The position numbers were made by a program, and so were the translations under genes. From IMG/VR virus record IMGVR_UViG_3300030413_000012: DNA of 56,155 bases; one strand, written 5' to 3'. Below, one piece after another: positions 18,401 through 28,800 of the stretch (position 1 is the stretch's first letter; every line of letters starts with the position of its first letter). The notes beneath the pieces were generated by a model. That model was not told the origin of the DNA and did not search any database. It saw only the letters and a program-made list of their open reading frames with translations. The stretch is from an uncultured virus (IMG/VR IMGVR_UViG_3300030413_000012). Taxonomy: Duplodnaviria > Heunggongvirae > Uroviricota > Caudoviricetes.

Positions 18401-20729
18401 TTTCTTTTATATCATTTTTTAATATTTCCTCATCTATAGACCCATCTTCATTTATTGCATTCTTATATTTTCCACTATTTAAATCATCAATAAGTTGTCC
18501 TTGTGTTATTAAGCCACTTGTTCCTTTTTTATTTTTATTTTGAAGTTCCCCTGCCACAGCTAAAACATCATATTCTAATGCATCTTGTGCTGCTTTCTTT
18601 TTAGCTTTTTCTTTATTTTTCTTTTCTTGATGCTCTTTCCATGTTTTATTTATTCCTTCTCCTAGACCAGTTACAGTAGCAGTTGCTGTTCCAACAACAC
18701 CTTCAAGCAAAGCACCCTCTGTTGTTCCAGTTAATGGTGCTTTAACAAAACCATAAGTTCCACTAATTAATTTTCTTGCACTTCCTTTACTGTTTGTAAA
18801 ACTTTCAACAACACTGTTTCCAATGGTTTTTGATGTTTCCAATATACCCTTTCCAGATTGTAAGCTTGTTATAGCAGTAGAAACACCACCAAGCCCAGGA
18901 ACAGCAGCAGATAATTGAGGTGCAATAAATATTGCAAATATTACTAAAAGAATTGTTATTGCATCTATAACTTGAACTCCACTTATTACACCAATTATAA
19001 AGTTTTTACACCCATAAGACAAAGCAGAATAAGCATTTGGCTGATTTGTATTTGCCTGTGAAATTGTTTGTAATGCATTATTTACAGAAGGATTTGATGC
19101 ACAATCTAAATTTGAAATTGACAAACCAGGTCCATTTATTGAAAGCATATGACCTGAACCAGCTAATGTAAATCCATAAACATTACCAGTTGTTACAGTT
19201 GCATTACCCATTAATGCTGGTGATAAAATACCTGGTAATATACCAAACCACATGGAATATATAAATACAATAAATAATGGCAAAATAAATAAACCAATGA
19301 CTAAATAATATATTCTTTTTCCAAACAATTTTGTTGTTGGTTTATCACTTGCAAATAAATAAGTTCCTGTAACAAATAAAGGTCCTGCAATTATTTCCAT
19401 TATTGAAAATAAACCAACTACAACTAAAAGTATTAAAACAAAAAATAAACCAATAATTCCTGTTATTAAAACAATAGGATTAGTTGTTGTGAATGGGGAG
19501 GTTATTGTCAATAAAGCTGGTATTGGTGTAAAATTACCAGTGAACATAAGTCCTATTATTATTTGTGAAAAAATACTAATAATAAGTAATAAAATTATAA
19601 AAATGACTGGTGAAAAAATAAAAAGACCATATTGTATAAATTTAGCTTTTAATTGTCTAAATGTTGTTTCTTTCTTTTCATCATTCATATCTGAAAAATA
19701 TTTATACAAAAGATAGTCTAGCCATCCAAATGTCCATATTAAAATTATTGGAAACAAAATATTGTATATGTCAATGGTAAATGTGTTTGCCAAAAATTTA
19801 TGAACAAGCATACTACTAATAAAATTATAAAGATTAGCTTGAACAGCAAAGGGATAGATATTTCCTAGTGCTAAAGCAAGTGTTGATTCTGCAACACAAA
19901 TAGATTCTTGCCCAAGTTGCCAAAATGAGGGTTGAACTGGACATGCCTGAACTGAAGCAGCATGTGTGCCTACTGCAATCACAATAGGTGAGGTTGAAAC
20001 TGAAACATTGCTATAATTGGTTGTAACAGCAGATGAAAAAGTAATTAACACCTGTGTTGAAAATAAAAATACAAAACTTATTAAAAAAGGTGCAGCAACA
20101 ATAATAACAAACATATAAAAAAGTCTTCTGCTGCTAAATGTGGCATTTTTATTGTTAAAATAATTAAAAATTTCTTCAAATAAAATTTTTATAAACAGTA
20201 TAAAGCCAACAATTGCAAATATTACTGTAATTACAAGTATTGCTGTAATTAATGTTCCTGAAAAGGTGAATGCTGCAAATGAACTTTGTGTTGCTGTTAT
20301 AAATGATGGAAATGCAATAGTAAAAGCAGCAAGCATAGCTGGTATTAAAAGAATAAGTGAAGCAAAAACTGCAAATTTTAAATATATTCCAGTATCTATG
20401 TTAATATTTTTTTCTTGTTGTTCTTTTACCTGGTCATTATATAGTTTTAATTCACCAACAAATAATGTTATTGCAAATATTATAAAACTTAGTATTGTTA
20501 TAAAATTATTTATTGGGTCAATTATTTGTTTAAATAAAATTGATGCTTCTCCTGCATTTACAGAACCACCTGATTTTGAAAGAGCAGAACTTATGCTATT
20601 ATTATTTATAAAACTGTTGCTTGTTGTATTAGTAGTGGCTGATGTATTAGTTGTTGCACCAAAGGCTGTTCCAACTAATACAATGCAAAATAAAATAGCA
20701 AAAACTGCAATTGCAATTGTTTGTTTCAA
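15411..20729 (-). CDS. Giant VirB6/TrbL-like polytopic membrane protein with a >1000-aa coiled-coil C-terminus
   Basis: Signal peptide, about 10 TM segments in the first ~610 aa, Gly/Ala/Thr-rich linker, long Lys/Glu/Asn coiled coil; same operon as VirB4. Confidence 0.6.
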   Translation of the reverse strand: MKQTIAIAVFAILFCIVLVGTAFGATTNTSATTNTTSNSFINNNSISSALSKSGGSVNAGEASILFKQIIDPINNFITILSFIIFAITLFVGELKLYNDQVKEQQEKNINIDTGIYLKFAVFASLILLIPAMLAAFTIAFPSFITATQSSFAAFTFSGTLITAILVITVIFAIVGFILFIKILFEEIFNYFNNKNATFSSRRLFYMFVIIVAAPFLISFVFLFSTQVLITFSSAVTTNYSNVSVSTSPIVIAVGTHAASVQACPVQPSFWQLGQESICVAESTLALALGNIYPFAVQANLYNFISSMLVHKFLANTFTIDIYNILFPIILIWTFGWLDYLLYKYFSDMNDEKKETTFRQLKAKFIQYGLFIFSPVIFIILLLIISIFSQIIIGLMFTGNFTPIPALLTITSPFTTTNPIVLITGIIGLFFVLILLVVVGLFSIMEIIAGPLFVTGTYLFASDKPTTKLFGKRIYYLVIGLFILPLFIVFIYSMWFGILPGILSPALMGNATVTTGNVYGFTLAGSGHMLSINGPGLSISNLDCASNPSVNNALQTISQANTNQPNAYSALSYGCKNFIIGVISGVQVIDAITILLVIFAIFIAPQLSAAVPGLGGVSTAITSLQSGKGILETSKTIGNSVVESFTNSKGSARKLISGTYGFVKAPLTGTTEGALLEGVVGTATATVTGLGEGINKTWKEHQEKKNKEKAKKKAAQDALEYDVLAVAGELQNKNKKGTSGLITQGQLIDDLNSGKYKNAINEDGSIDEEILKNDIKESINLRRKQAPGKLDSIFEKAFGKDDFDFKSNIDTGETLRQRMMEVYIKNPDLMKDRNKYQATDVVNAIKTYTSDEKSFLAMNTELSNINRKYKYDAKVIQNSKMKSTEKSKALLEIENDKNIKTATVIKERTESLSSSLNNIQEKLPGMEKQLTTVTGSKTPGEMIANLNKMLTSVNTTTEQLDKTKMPQAEKETTQSNLKNILSVLNNEAEQYGFKNINDLVTNGKSLSSVRLSDIFTKIKSSASEEEKQTAFIQTESLLKQFGLDGKKVDNVMSFIKTNPDSIEALQKTLFANLNGTSKQIGDLISNSITSMTNPVLSSMIEIPNIIGGSIHENLKTMITNPINQTLKTNIDAIKKMVNETWYQVSTGSTDTILERIGKDNSLLSSELAKASVEINKYQEELLKENLPENEKMKIQEKVEILKTDIKKKKMEILSNNKAVTIYSKIPVLSGLMDAVVEFNVMSTDDVVKQYKFRRSFIENQESTITKEATNIYKQIDEYNKKLAATKDASIKAYLDDQITRNKEKLAKLQKDNNVFKLQKIAIDNFLDTANIELNDAEVNDEMLRLNIANDLNNKIEELASDNKNNEIKTYINNYDNLVEKLKKTRELKMLLSQNKPINTDEYKNILQGKAAIINAAIQKKTTEAIDSEFERFIAKANLNTYVSDLYSTKNKLTTINEDLKELQTKYLKESNITARNDLQTQIATLMSDKNSYTNMAENIKKNIKTALSPIIPQEDIQDIVENIASVNTDSTNSEALNKTINSVLKENIEDYIQMAQETKVNKMVNAIINGIETKYDKTLSNETNKFAVLLQRNIKEILNKDSNDVEINKEKHEIYERIKDMPYSNKEEITSMLNKIEMLGENGNVFAVTLLQSLDNITTKMKENRQYNLSAILENGIAVEKEELAHNIKAIQDFKTRVAEFNKVTPKLPVKSERRTSVRLNSNPKKSIGPLKNKKASFNPSVSKQENQNDDTAPKENKPTPDDDITQDDDIFD

Positions 20730-20770
20730 TTTATCAACTCTTAATTATTTATTACCTCTTTTCTTTAAAT

Positions 20771-21217
20771 TTATAATCTAGCAGTTTCACTCTTTAATAT
20801 TTCTAGTTTTTCTCTCATTTTTTCTTGTTGTTTCTTATATTTTAATTTATATTTTCCTGATTTTTTAGTTGTTTCATTTATAATATTGTGTAAATTTCTA
20901 GCAAGACCAAAGCAAAGCATTATTTGTTTAAATTTCTTTTCTGGAACTATCTTTTTTATTTGATATATGTTACTAAATATTGATTCAATTCTGGAATAAA
21001 CACTATTTTCACCATTTATATGCAAGGAGAGGTTAGACAACCTTCCATTGGTTTCTGCAAGAAAAAGAAGTCTTGTTGTTTCTCTTATATAACTGTTTAG
21101 TGCATTACTTATTTCAGCATTTTGATAGTCATTTCCTTTTTTATTTGTATATGCTCTATATTTATTTTCAAAACTGTTTTGTATAAGAGTATCTTTTATT
21201 ATACCAAAAAATCCCAT
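20771..21217 (-). CDS. Hypothetical basic protein
   Basis: 148-aa ORF in the transfer operon. Confidence 0.6.
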   Translation of the reverse strand: MGFFGIIKDTLIQNSFENKYRAYTNKKGNDYQNAEISNALNSYIRETTRLLFLAETNGRLSNLSLHINGENSVYSRIESIFSNIYQIKKIVPEKKFKQIMLCFGLARNLHNIINETTKKSGKYKLKYKKQQEKMREKLEILKSETARL

Positions 21218-21253
21218 ATTATCAATAATTATTAAATAGACAAGCTTAAAGTG

Positions 21254-24200
21254 TTATATTCTAAATAAATCAAAATAAGCATCCCACTTTAATTTTAAAT
21301 AATCATATGCTTTTTTATAAAAACCATAAAAATAAAGCAGAATTAATATTATAATAACAATTGACATATAAAACAATAGATTTATGTAAAGTTGTTTTAA
21401 TTGAACACTCATTGTTTGTTTTAGCCCATAAAAAGTATAATTACTCTTGCTATAATTATATGGCAATATTTCTAATACTAAATTTTCTGGGATTTCAATT
21501 CTTGTTAACAAAGATTCATTATTAGTAACAGTTATTATTTTTATTGGAGTATTTTGTATAAAACTATGTGTTGCAACCATACTTATTTTATTTCCATTTT
21601 TATAATTTATTTCAAAGGCTTTGCCAACAGTTTCATTATATGTTTTGTTGCCAACCATAATTTTTATATTTGTTATGCTATTATTTGGATAATTAAAATA
21701 ACCAATATTTGGCTGAATATAAAATAAAAAGGTTGATGAATTTAATTCTTCATACTTATAATAAGTATTGACAGTAAAATTTGTTGGTGTTAATGTTTTT
21801 GTAAAACACAGATTATATTCACACTCATCAAACTGTAAAACAGGATATGCTTTGTTTGTTGCAATAGTCATTGTTCCATTAATATTATATTGTTCTGTGT
21901 TATAAAATATTGAATGTTGTGAACTGTTTATAAATGCTTTATTAATAATAAATGGATTTTGTATATAAGAGTATGGTGCCTTGTAAATATCACCATAAGT
22001 TGACTTTGTTGAATTACCAGCTAAAGATGCATTTTCAAGATAATTATAAAAGGTTTGTTTTTCTTGAGGAGTAACATTAAAGGTTGTGTTAAAAGCTAGT
22101 TCTTGGGTATCAATATAAATGTGTGAAATTGTATTATTGCTTTTTTGACCAATACAAGAAATATGTTTATTTGAAAATACTGAATATATTTCTGCTTTTA
22201 GGCACAACCAACCTGGTGACTCTTCTCCAGCATAAAAAGCACCTTGTGTATAAACTGTTGGATTTAATAAGTCATATGTTTTTGCTGTTGAAAGTGGATT
22301 TTGTCCAAATGTATAAAAGGGTGTTTTTATTATACAGGAATTTCCCAAAAGAGTTGAACTGCAACCATTATTGTAATATTCATATTCCCCTATATTGTTA
22401 TATATAACAGCAGCAGCAAAATTTGTTTTTAATGAACCTGATAATGAACTGAATAATGAAGTAATTTGTGAAAGTGCTGCTAGCATACCTACTGGCAGTA
22501 AAACTGCTGAATTTTCATTTGTAATTAAAAATTGAGTTCCTTGTTCTCCACCAAACTGTTGTAAATATAATCCATTATTGTATGTATTTTCTATTGTTGG
22601 ATATAAAACAGAAATTGTGCTGTATGTGTTGGGATATACATAACTTGGGTCATAAGCATAAATATATTTTGATATTGTTGTATAAAATGAAGTATAATTT
22701 GTTGTTATTAAATATTTATCAAAAGCATATGTGTCAAACTGGTATAATACAGTATTATTAGGTGAAAGTAATTGGAATGCTGTTCCAAGTGGAACTGTTA
22801 TTCTATCATATGTTTTGTATTGACCATTTGCAAGTTTAACATTTTTATAACTAAATGAGTAATTAAGATTTTGTAATGTATTATTTTTTATTGTAAATAT
22901 ATTTTTGGTTGTCATGTTTGTTGAAACATTTAATGTCTGATTTCTGTAAACATTTTCATTATAAGATTTGCTTGTTTTATTTACATATGTAGCATTATGT
23001 TTTATGCTGGTTGCTACCTGTTTTACATAGCATGTTTTAGGAACCTGTATTGTTGTATAATAATTTATAGTTTTATTATCAACTATTTTTGTGTGTTTTA
23101 TTTGTTTTGTAACCATTATTGTGTAATTAAAATTATTAAATGTATAATTTGGTGCAAATGTATTTTCATTAAATTCAGCATAATTCATTGTATATGAAAA
23201 TGGTGATTTCATTTTTGCAAATATGATTTCATTTTTATATGGAAAAGCTAAAAGTGGCAGGGTTAAATTATACTGGTTTGTTGCTGTTGTAAATCCATTT
23301 ATTGTAAAATTCTTTTGATAAATTATACTTCCATTATAGGCTTTTGTTCCATATATTATTGTTTCATTTGGTGTTTTAAGCTTTGTATAAACAGCTTTCA
23401 CTATGGTTGGTCCATTAGCAACATCATAGTAATTTTCAGTTCCTGTGTTTGGACCAGGTCTATAATTTACAGGATAAAAGTTTTCAACATATAAATTTGA
23501 AAAAATTGTATTTAATACAGAGGTCTGTTCATTGTTCTCTATTGTGGTTAAACCTGGATTTGAAGTGTAACAAGAATTTTCATAAGTTTGATACCCAGAA
23601 TTTGTTGTTCCTTGAAATGGAGATTGGTTCAATGAAACATTATATATAGCATACTTGTTTAATAATTCTTGTGCCCCTATTATTAAAGTAACATTATTGT
23701 AACTGCCTGCTGTTATATTTATATAATTATTTGAGAGAATTTTTATAGATTTATTTGATAACATATGAATTGGTAAAAGCAAAGTTGCATTATTTGACAT
23801 ATTCATTGCTTGTTGTCCAGATGGAAGAATTCCAGGGTATATACCAAATATTGCAAGGTTTGGTTGAATAAGCTGTGATGTTTTCAAAATTGGAAAAATG
23901 GTTTGATTATTTATATCATATTTTATCATTAATTTTGTTATAGCAGCAGTTGTTTGTTTTTGATACTGCATAAACATATAAAGTGATTGATAAAATGATG
24001 AAAATTGAAATGGATTTGGATAACTGTAATTTTCAGCAGTTCCTGAACAATATGTGTTTATAAGCAAACTGCTATTAGAAATGGTAGAGCTAGGACTTTT
24101 GCAGGCTTTTGAATAAGAAACATACTCATTATAAAGTTGTTTTGTAAAATTGTCATCTGACATATACTGTGTTGCAATTGTTTTTAATGACTGATTTGTG

Positions 24201-24637
24201 CTATTACTGTTATTGTATAACCCTGAAAACTGAGGATGCAAACTTGTTTTATAAGAATAACAAAGATTAAAGAAGAAAGACTGTGTATAGTTTGAATTAT
24301 CTGTTGTATTTTTAAAGCAATAATTTACACCATCCTTATACATATTTTTTATAAAATAAAATGGATAAGCAGTTTGTGCTAAATAAAAAGAAGTTGTTGT
24401 TGAACTATTTGTATAAATAGAATTATTTTTATAATATTGTTTGGGCTGAATTTCAAAATAAGAACCATTTAAAAATTCCTTGACTATTGATGTTATATTA
24501 CCATTTATTGTTGTGTATTTTATGGTTTGATTATTTATCCAACTACTAATAGAAGTAGATGTAGTGGTTGTTTGACTTGTTGTAACTGTAAATAATAGCA
24601 AAAAAGTTAAAACAGTAGCAACAGTTATATTATACAT
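21254..24637 (-). CDS. Large secreted, C-terminally membrane-anchored surface protein
   Basis: N-terminal signal peptide, Asn/Thr/Tyr-rich with many N-x-S/T sequons, C-terminal TM (LLFYMSIVIIILILLYFYGF) and basic tail. Confidence 0.8.
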   Translation of the reverse strand: MYNITVATVLTFLLLFTVTTSQTTTTSTSISSWINNQTIKYTTINGNITSIVKEFLNGSYFEIQPKQYYKNNSIYTNSSTTTSFYLAQTAYPFYFIKNMYKDGVNYCFKNTTDNSNYTQSFFFNLCYSYKTSLHPQFSGLYNNSNSTNQSLKTIATQYMSDDNFTKQLYNEYVSYSKACKSPSSTISNSSLLINTYCSGTAENYSYPNPFQFSSFYQSLYMFMQYQKQTTAAITKLMIKYDINNQTIFPILKTSQLIQPNLAIFGIYPGILPSGQQAMNMSNNATLLLPIHMLSNKSIKILSNNYINITAGSYNNVTLIIGAQELLNKYAIYNVSLNQSPFQGTTNSGYQTYENSCYTSNPGLTTIENNEQTSVLNTIFSNLYVENFYPVNYRPGPNTGTENYYDVANGPTIVKAVYTKLKTPNETIIYGTKAYNGSIIYQKNFTINGFTTATNQYNLTLPLLAFPYKNEIIFAKMKSPFSYTMNYAEFNENTFAPNYTFNNFNYTIMVTKQIKHTKIVDNKTINYYTTIQVPKTCYVKQVATSIKHNATYVNKTSKSYNENVYRNQTLNVSTNMTTKNIFTIKNNTLQNLNYSFSYKNVKLANGQYKTYDRITVPLGTAFQLLSPNNTVLYQFDTYAFDKYLITTNYTSFYTTISKYIYAYDPSYVYPNTYSTISVLYPTIENTYNNGLYLQQFGGEQGTQFLITNENSAVLLPVGMLAALSQITSLFSSLSGSLKTNFAAAVIYNNIGEYEYYNNGCSSTLLGNSCIIKTPFYTFGQNPLSTAKTYDLLNPTVYTQGAFYAGEESPGWLCLKAEIYSVFSNKHISCIGQKSNNTISHIYIDTQELAFNTTFNVTPQEKQTFYNYLENASLAGNSTKSTYGDIYKAPYSYIQNPFIINKAFINSSQHSIFYNTEQYNINGTMTIATNKAYPVLQFDECEYNLCFTKTLTPTNFTVNTYYKYEELNSSTFLFYIQPNIGYFNYPNNSITNIKIMVGNKTYNETVGKAFEINYKNGNKISMVATHSFIQNTPIKIITVTNNESLLTRIEIPENLVLEILPYNYSKSNYTFYGLKQTMSVQLKQLYINLLFYMSIVIIILILLYFYGFYKKAYDYLKLKWDAYFDLFRI

Positions 24638-24672
24638 TATTAAGACTTATTACATTTATTTTAAAATAAAAA

Positions 24673-25125
24673 TCAAAGAAATTTTCTTCTTTTCATATTT
24701 TTCTTATTAAGTTTTCTTGCTTTTTCAAGGGCATCAATTTCTTTATAATATCTGCTTATTCCTTTATCAACTAATTTTTGATTTTCTTTTAGATAAGTTG
24801 CATCTTTTTTTGCATATTTTGTTGAGTTTTGCTTTAAATCAACAAACCAATTAGTTAATAAATTATTTGCTTCTTTTCCATAAGTTACAGCTTTAAATTC
24901 AGTTGGTATTACATCATCAACACAAAAAGCTTTCTCTTTTTTAAAAATGTTTTTTATAATTGATTTATATTTTTCTTTTATATCAGAAGAATAGTCAAAT
25001 CTGTTTATACTGCAATACAAATCAAGAAGTGTATTATTTTGTAATTTATAAATGTCTGTTGGCTTAACCATTACCTGTGCATCAATTAATGTTTTTATTA
25101 AATCAAAAAATTCATTTTTTGTCAT
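24673..25125 (-). CDS. Hypothetical protein
   Basis: ORF 24673..25170; a more plausible start is the ATG at 25125 (MTKNEFF). Confidence 0.6.
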   Translation of the reverse strand: MTKNEFFDLIKTLIDAQVMVKPTDIYKLQNNTLLDLYCSINRFDYSSDIKEKYKSIIKNIFKKEKAFCVDDVIPTEFKAVTYGKEANNLLTNWFVDLKQNSTKYAKKDATYLKENQKLVDKGISRYYKEIDALEKARKLNKKNMKRRKFL

Positions 25126-25212
25126 TTTATCAATAATTATTATAAAAAGAATGTTTAAAATAAAAAACAAATATTTAAATATATAAAATATTAATATTAT
25201 AGTATTGATAAT

Positions 25213-25845
25213 ATGGCTGGAATTAAAACAGTTTTGCTCATTATTTTAATAGTGGCAGTAATTTTTGCATATTTGTATATATTTCATCCAAGTTATATTG
25301 GTAAAAAATCAACAACTACTACTGTTTTACCATCAAATAATACAATAACTAATGCCTTTAATAATTATACAACAACAGCAGAAAAAGAATTTAATGTTTC
25401 TAATTCAAGTGTTGTTTCAATTTTGCCAAACAAAGAACCCTATTTATTAAATAATGTTGTTGAGTCTAATCCCAACCCAATACTTATTATCAATTATACT
25501 TATAATGGAAAAATATATCAGTTACCACAATGGTTTTCTCTATCATTTTCAAATGTAACAGCAAATCTTCCAAATTTTAATGGTCAACATGTTCAATTTT
25601 TATTTTTTATGAACAAAACAGCAGCAATAAATTATACTGGAAATCCAGCTAATAGCACACCAATGATATTTAACTACAGTGTTGCTGTGAATGGAACTAC
25701 TTATAAATTTACATTTATAAATAATAAAAATAATAAAATAATATCTGTCCTTTCAATTCCATTTAATAAACATCAAGTATTTTATACAATTGGTTTTGAA
25801 TATAATAAAACTGTTTATTTAATTCCAGACATAGCAATTGGTTAA
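25213..25845 (+). CDS. Membrane-anchored extracellular protein
   Basis: N-terminal TM, Thr-rich linker, many N-glycosylation sequons. Confidence 0.75.
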   Translation: MAGIKTVLLIILIVAVIFAYLYIFHPSYIGKKSTTTTVLPSNNTITNAFNNYTTTAEKEFNVSNSSVVSILPNKEPYLLNNVVESNPNPILIINYTYNGKIYQLPQWFSLSFSNVTANLPNFNGQHVQFLFFMNKTAAINYTGNPANSTPMIFNYSVAVNGTTYKFTFINNKNNKIISVLSIPFNKHQVFYTIGFEYNKTVYLIPDIAIG

Positions 25846-25850
25846 TAAAA

Positions 25851-28800
25851 TTATGTTGTAACATTTTCATATAATGCATAGCCATTAATTGATGAGCCAG
25901 ATATTGACCTTGTTGAACTTTCAAGAATATACTCAGATTTTGATATATATAAAAGGTTTGTAGTTCCATCATTATTTACCAGTTTGGTGTTTGCAAACCC
26001 TGTAATATAAGCATCAGTTTTACACACCTTATTATTACAAAATCCATATGATACACCACTTGGTTCAGAAGGAATTGTTGTATTGAAAGTTCCTGGTGCT
26101 ATACTGATTTGTGTGGTGGTATTATATATAATAATTCCAGCAACTTGTGAATCAGCTACTCTTTCAGGGGTTCCACCTATAATACCACAACTATGATAAA
26201 AATTCTTTGATGTTATAAGATAATTATATAAAGATTGATACTGGGTGACAAAATTGTTGCAAGTGCTTGGTGGTGAATCAGTAATATTTATATTATAACT
26301 TTCAAATATAGGAACAGCATAACCATAAAATAAATTAAAGGTAGCTGGTTCCACTGGTAAAATTGAATAACTATTTGATAAATTAAAAAAAGTATCATAG
26401 CCTGGTCCTATATTTAAATTTTGCAGAGATTGTTTTGTAACAAGTGGTGTATAACCAAATGTTTTAGTATATGCAGAGATTCCTGTGTTTCCACTAGGAC
26501 CATTAATGTCATAATTAGCAGTTCCATTTGAAAATAATGCTGTTGAAATAAGACCACTTTTAGTTACAGTTGAAACCTGTCCATTAATATCTCCAATAAC
26601 TAAACAATTATCAAGTATTCCAGAATCATAACATTTTGTATAATTTCCATTATTTGAAATTGTCTGTGAACTTGAAACAAAATGATTATTATTGGTGTTG
26701 TAAAATCCTTCTGTTAGGGAGTATGTGGTTCCACTATACAAGTTAATATATTTAGAAGGGGCTGGTAATACAAAAAGATGTTGTGTAGCTATACTTGTGT
26801 TTTTTATATAACTGCTATCAAAAGAAGTAAAGATGGGACCACCTGTAATATTATAAGGAACAGTTGTCCATCCAAGTGTTGAAAAACTATAAGGTTGACC
26901 AACTAAATTTGTTGTTATATTTAGTGGAACAAGGTAAATTGCAATTATAGTATAATTATTTTTATCTGACAAACCAGATATTGTTTTACCAGTTACACCA
27001 GAAATTATTTCATTTTTTATACCACTAACATATGTTTTTGTTGTATTATCATAAATGGTTAATAAATAATCTTTATTTTTTAAATAATTTGAATAATAAA
27101 ATTTTACTGGATTAATATCTATACTATATATTGTTGGTGAACCCTCTAAATAATAAGTTGTTATATTTGTATATGGTTCACTGGTATTAACTGTTGTATA
27201 ACCAAAATTAGTAGAAACAGCATGAGGAATTAATGAAATATCACCAATACTATCAGGATAGTTATACACAGTGATTGTTCCTGTTGATTTTATTATTTTA
27301 TTAAAAAGCACTGATGCATTTACAGATATAGTATCAATATATGTTTTATTTATTTTTGGATAACTTTGATTAAACAAGATTGCTGCTTCTTGTTCTGTTA
27401 TATTAATTGGTAAAGAAGTTGTTGATGTTGGTGGTGCTTTGTTTGATTTCAAAACTGTTCCATTTTTTAAATAATATGTAAATTGTATTGTGCTTTCTGG
27501 TAAATTTATTGAATAATTTTGTGAATTATATACAAATTTGTTTTTTGTATTTATATAAAAATATGTTGTATTATCACCAGGTATATCTTGGAATATAGCA
27601 CCATTTGAATTTCCATACACTGGGTCAAAACTGTTACCCCAGTTTGAATGTGCAGACACCTGATAAAATGAAAAATTATCATTACCACTGTTTAATTCAG
27701 GATTTGAATACATTTCTATTTTTCCAGCATTATTTATATAAACAGTCAAATTATTTATATTTAAATTTGATGTTGTAAGATTATTAGCAACTGCTGTTGG
27801 ATAAATATCTGATATTAACACATTTTTCCAAGCAGCATTTAAATACCCTGTTCCTGTCACATGACAGTTATTTCCACTGCACCCACCAGTTCCACCACCA
27901 GTGGGTGGAGGTGGTGGTATTACATGATAGTTTGCTATTATTGTAACATTTTGGCAACCATTAAGTGCTTTCCAATTGTAATTAAAACTTTCTGAATTAG
28001 AATTTGAAATTTTATCACCATTGCAATAAACATTTTGTGATACAAAACTTCCACTGCTTGAAGAGGTTGCTGCAAATGTCCATGTAAATCCAAATGTTGT
28101 ATTTAAAGTATTAGCTGAAAATACATTTGTTTTATTAAATGTAAAAGTATAAGGTGTTGCTGTATTTGTTTGATTAGACCAGCCTATTAATGAATTTGTT
28201 GGTATTGCATTTGCTGAAAATGTTGTTGAAACACCACCTAAATTACTGGTTGCTTCCCATGAAATTGTTGGTAAACTAATCTTGAAATTAGCAGTATAGT
28301 TTGTTGCATTTACAACAGTAAATGTATAAGGATTTTGTGTTATTGTTGTTCCAGCATGGGTCCAATTACTAAAAGCATAATATGTATTTGCATTTCCAGT
28401 TATTATTACTGATTTTCCTTTTGGAACAAATTCACTAATATTATTTCCTGTTATAGTTTTATTATTATATGGTGTATATATACTAACATTTCCTCTTGAA
28501 CTATTTGAAGTTTTTACACTAATATTATATTCATATTCATAATCAGCTTGTAAGGTGCAGGGTGCAAATGATAATGATTTAACTGTTTGTGATGGATTAA
28601 ACAAATTAAAACCAGTTGAACATGATAATGAAACAGATGTGTTAAAATCAACAAATGCTAATGCTTTGGTCTTTGTTTTTGTTAAAATAGCAGGATAATT
28701 AAAAGAATAAGGTGCTGCATCCTGATACATTGTATATGGTAAATTTCTTACAGATTGTTGAATACAAAATCTTGAGGCATCAACACCACAAGTAATATTT

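Noticed and set aside
15411..20729. Phage tape-measure protein or virion module
   Set aside because: It has a signal peptide and polytopic TM core within a VirB4 operon, and I recognised no capsid, portal, terminase or tail genes.
15559..20781. Plus-strand ORFs inside the VirB6-like gene, and similar antisense ORFs elsewhere (e.g. 7366, 36905, 37997, 46715, 48090)
   Set aside because: Antisense shadows of long, well-supported genes, rich in Phe/Leu/Ser as expected from complementing Lys/Glu/Asn codons.
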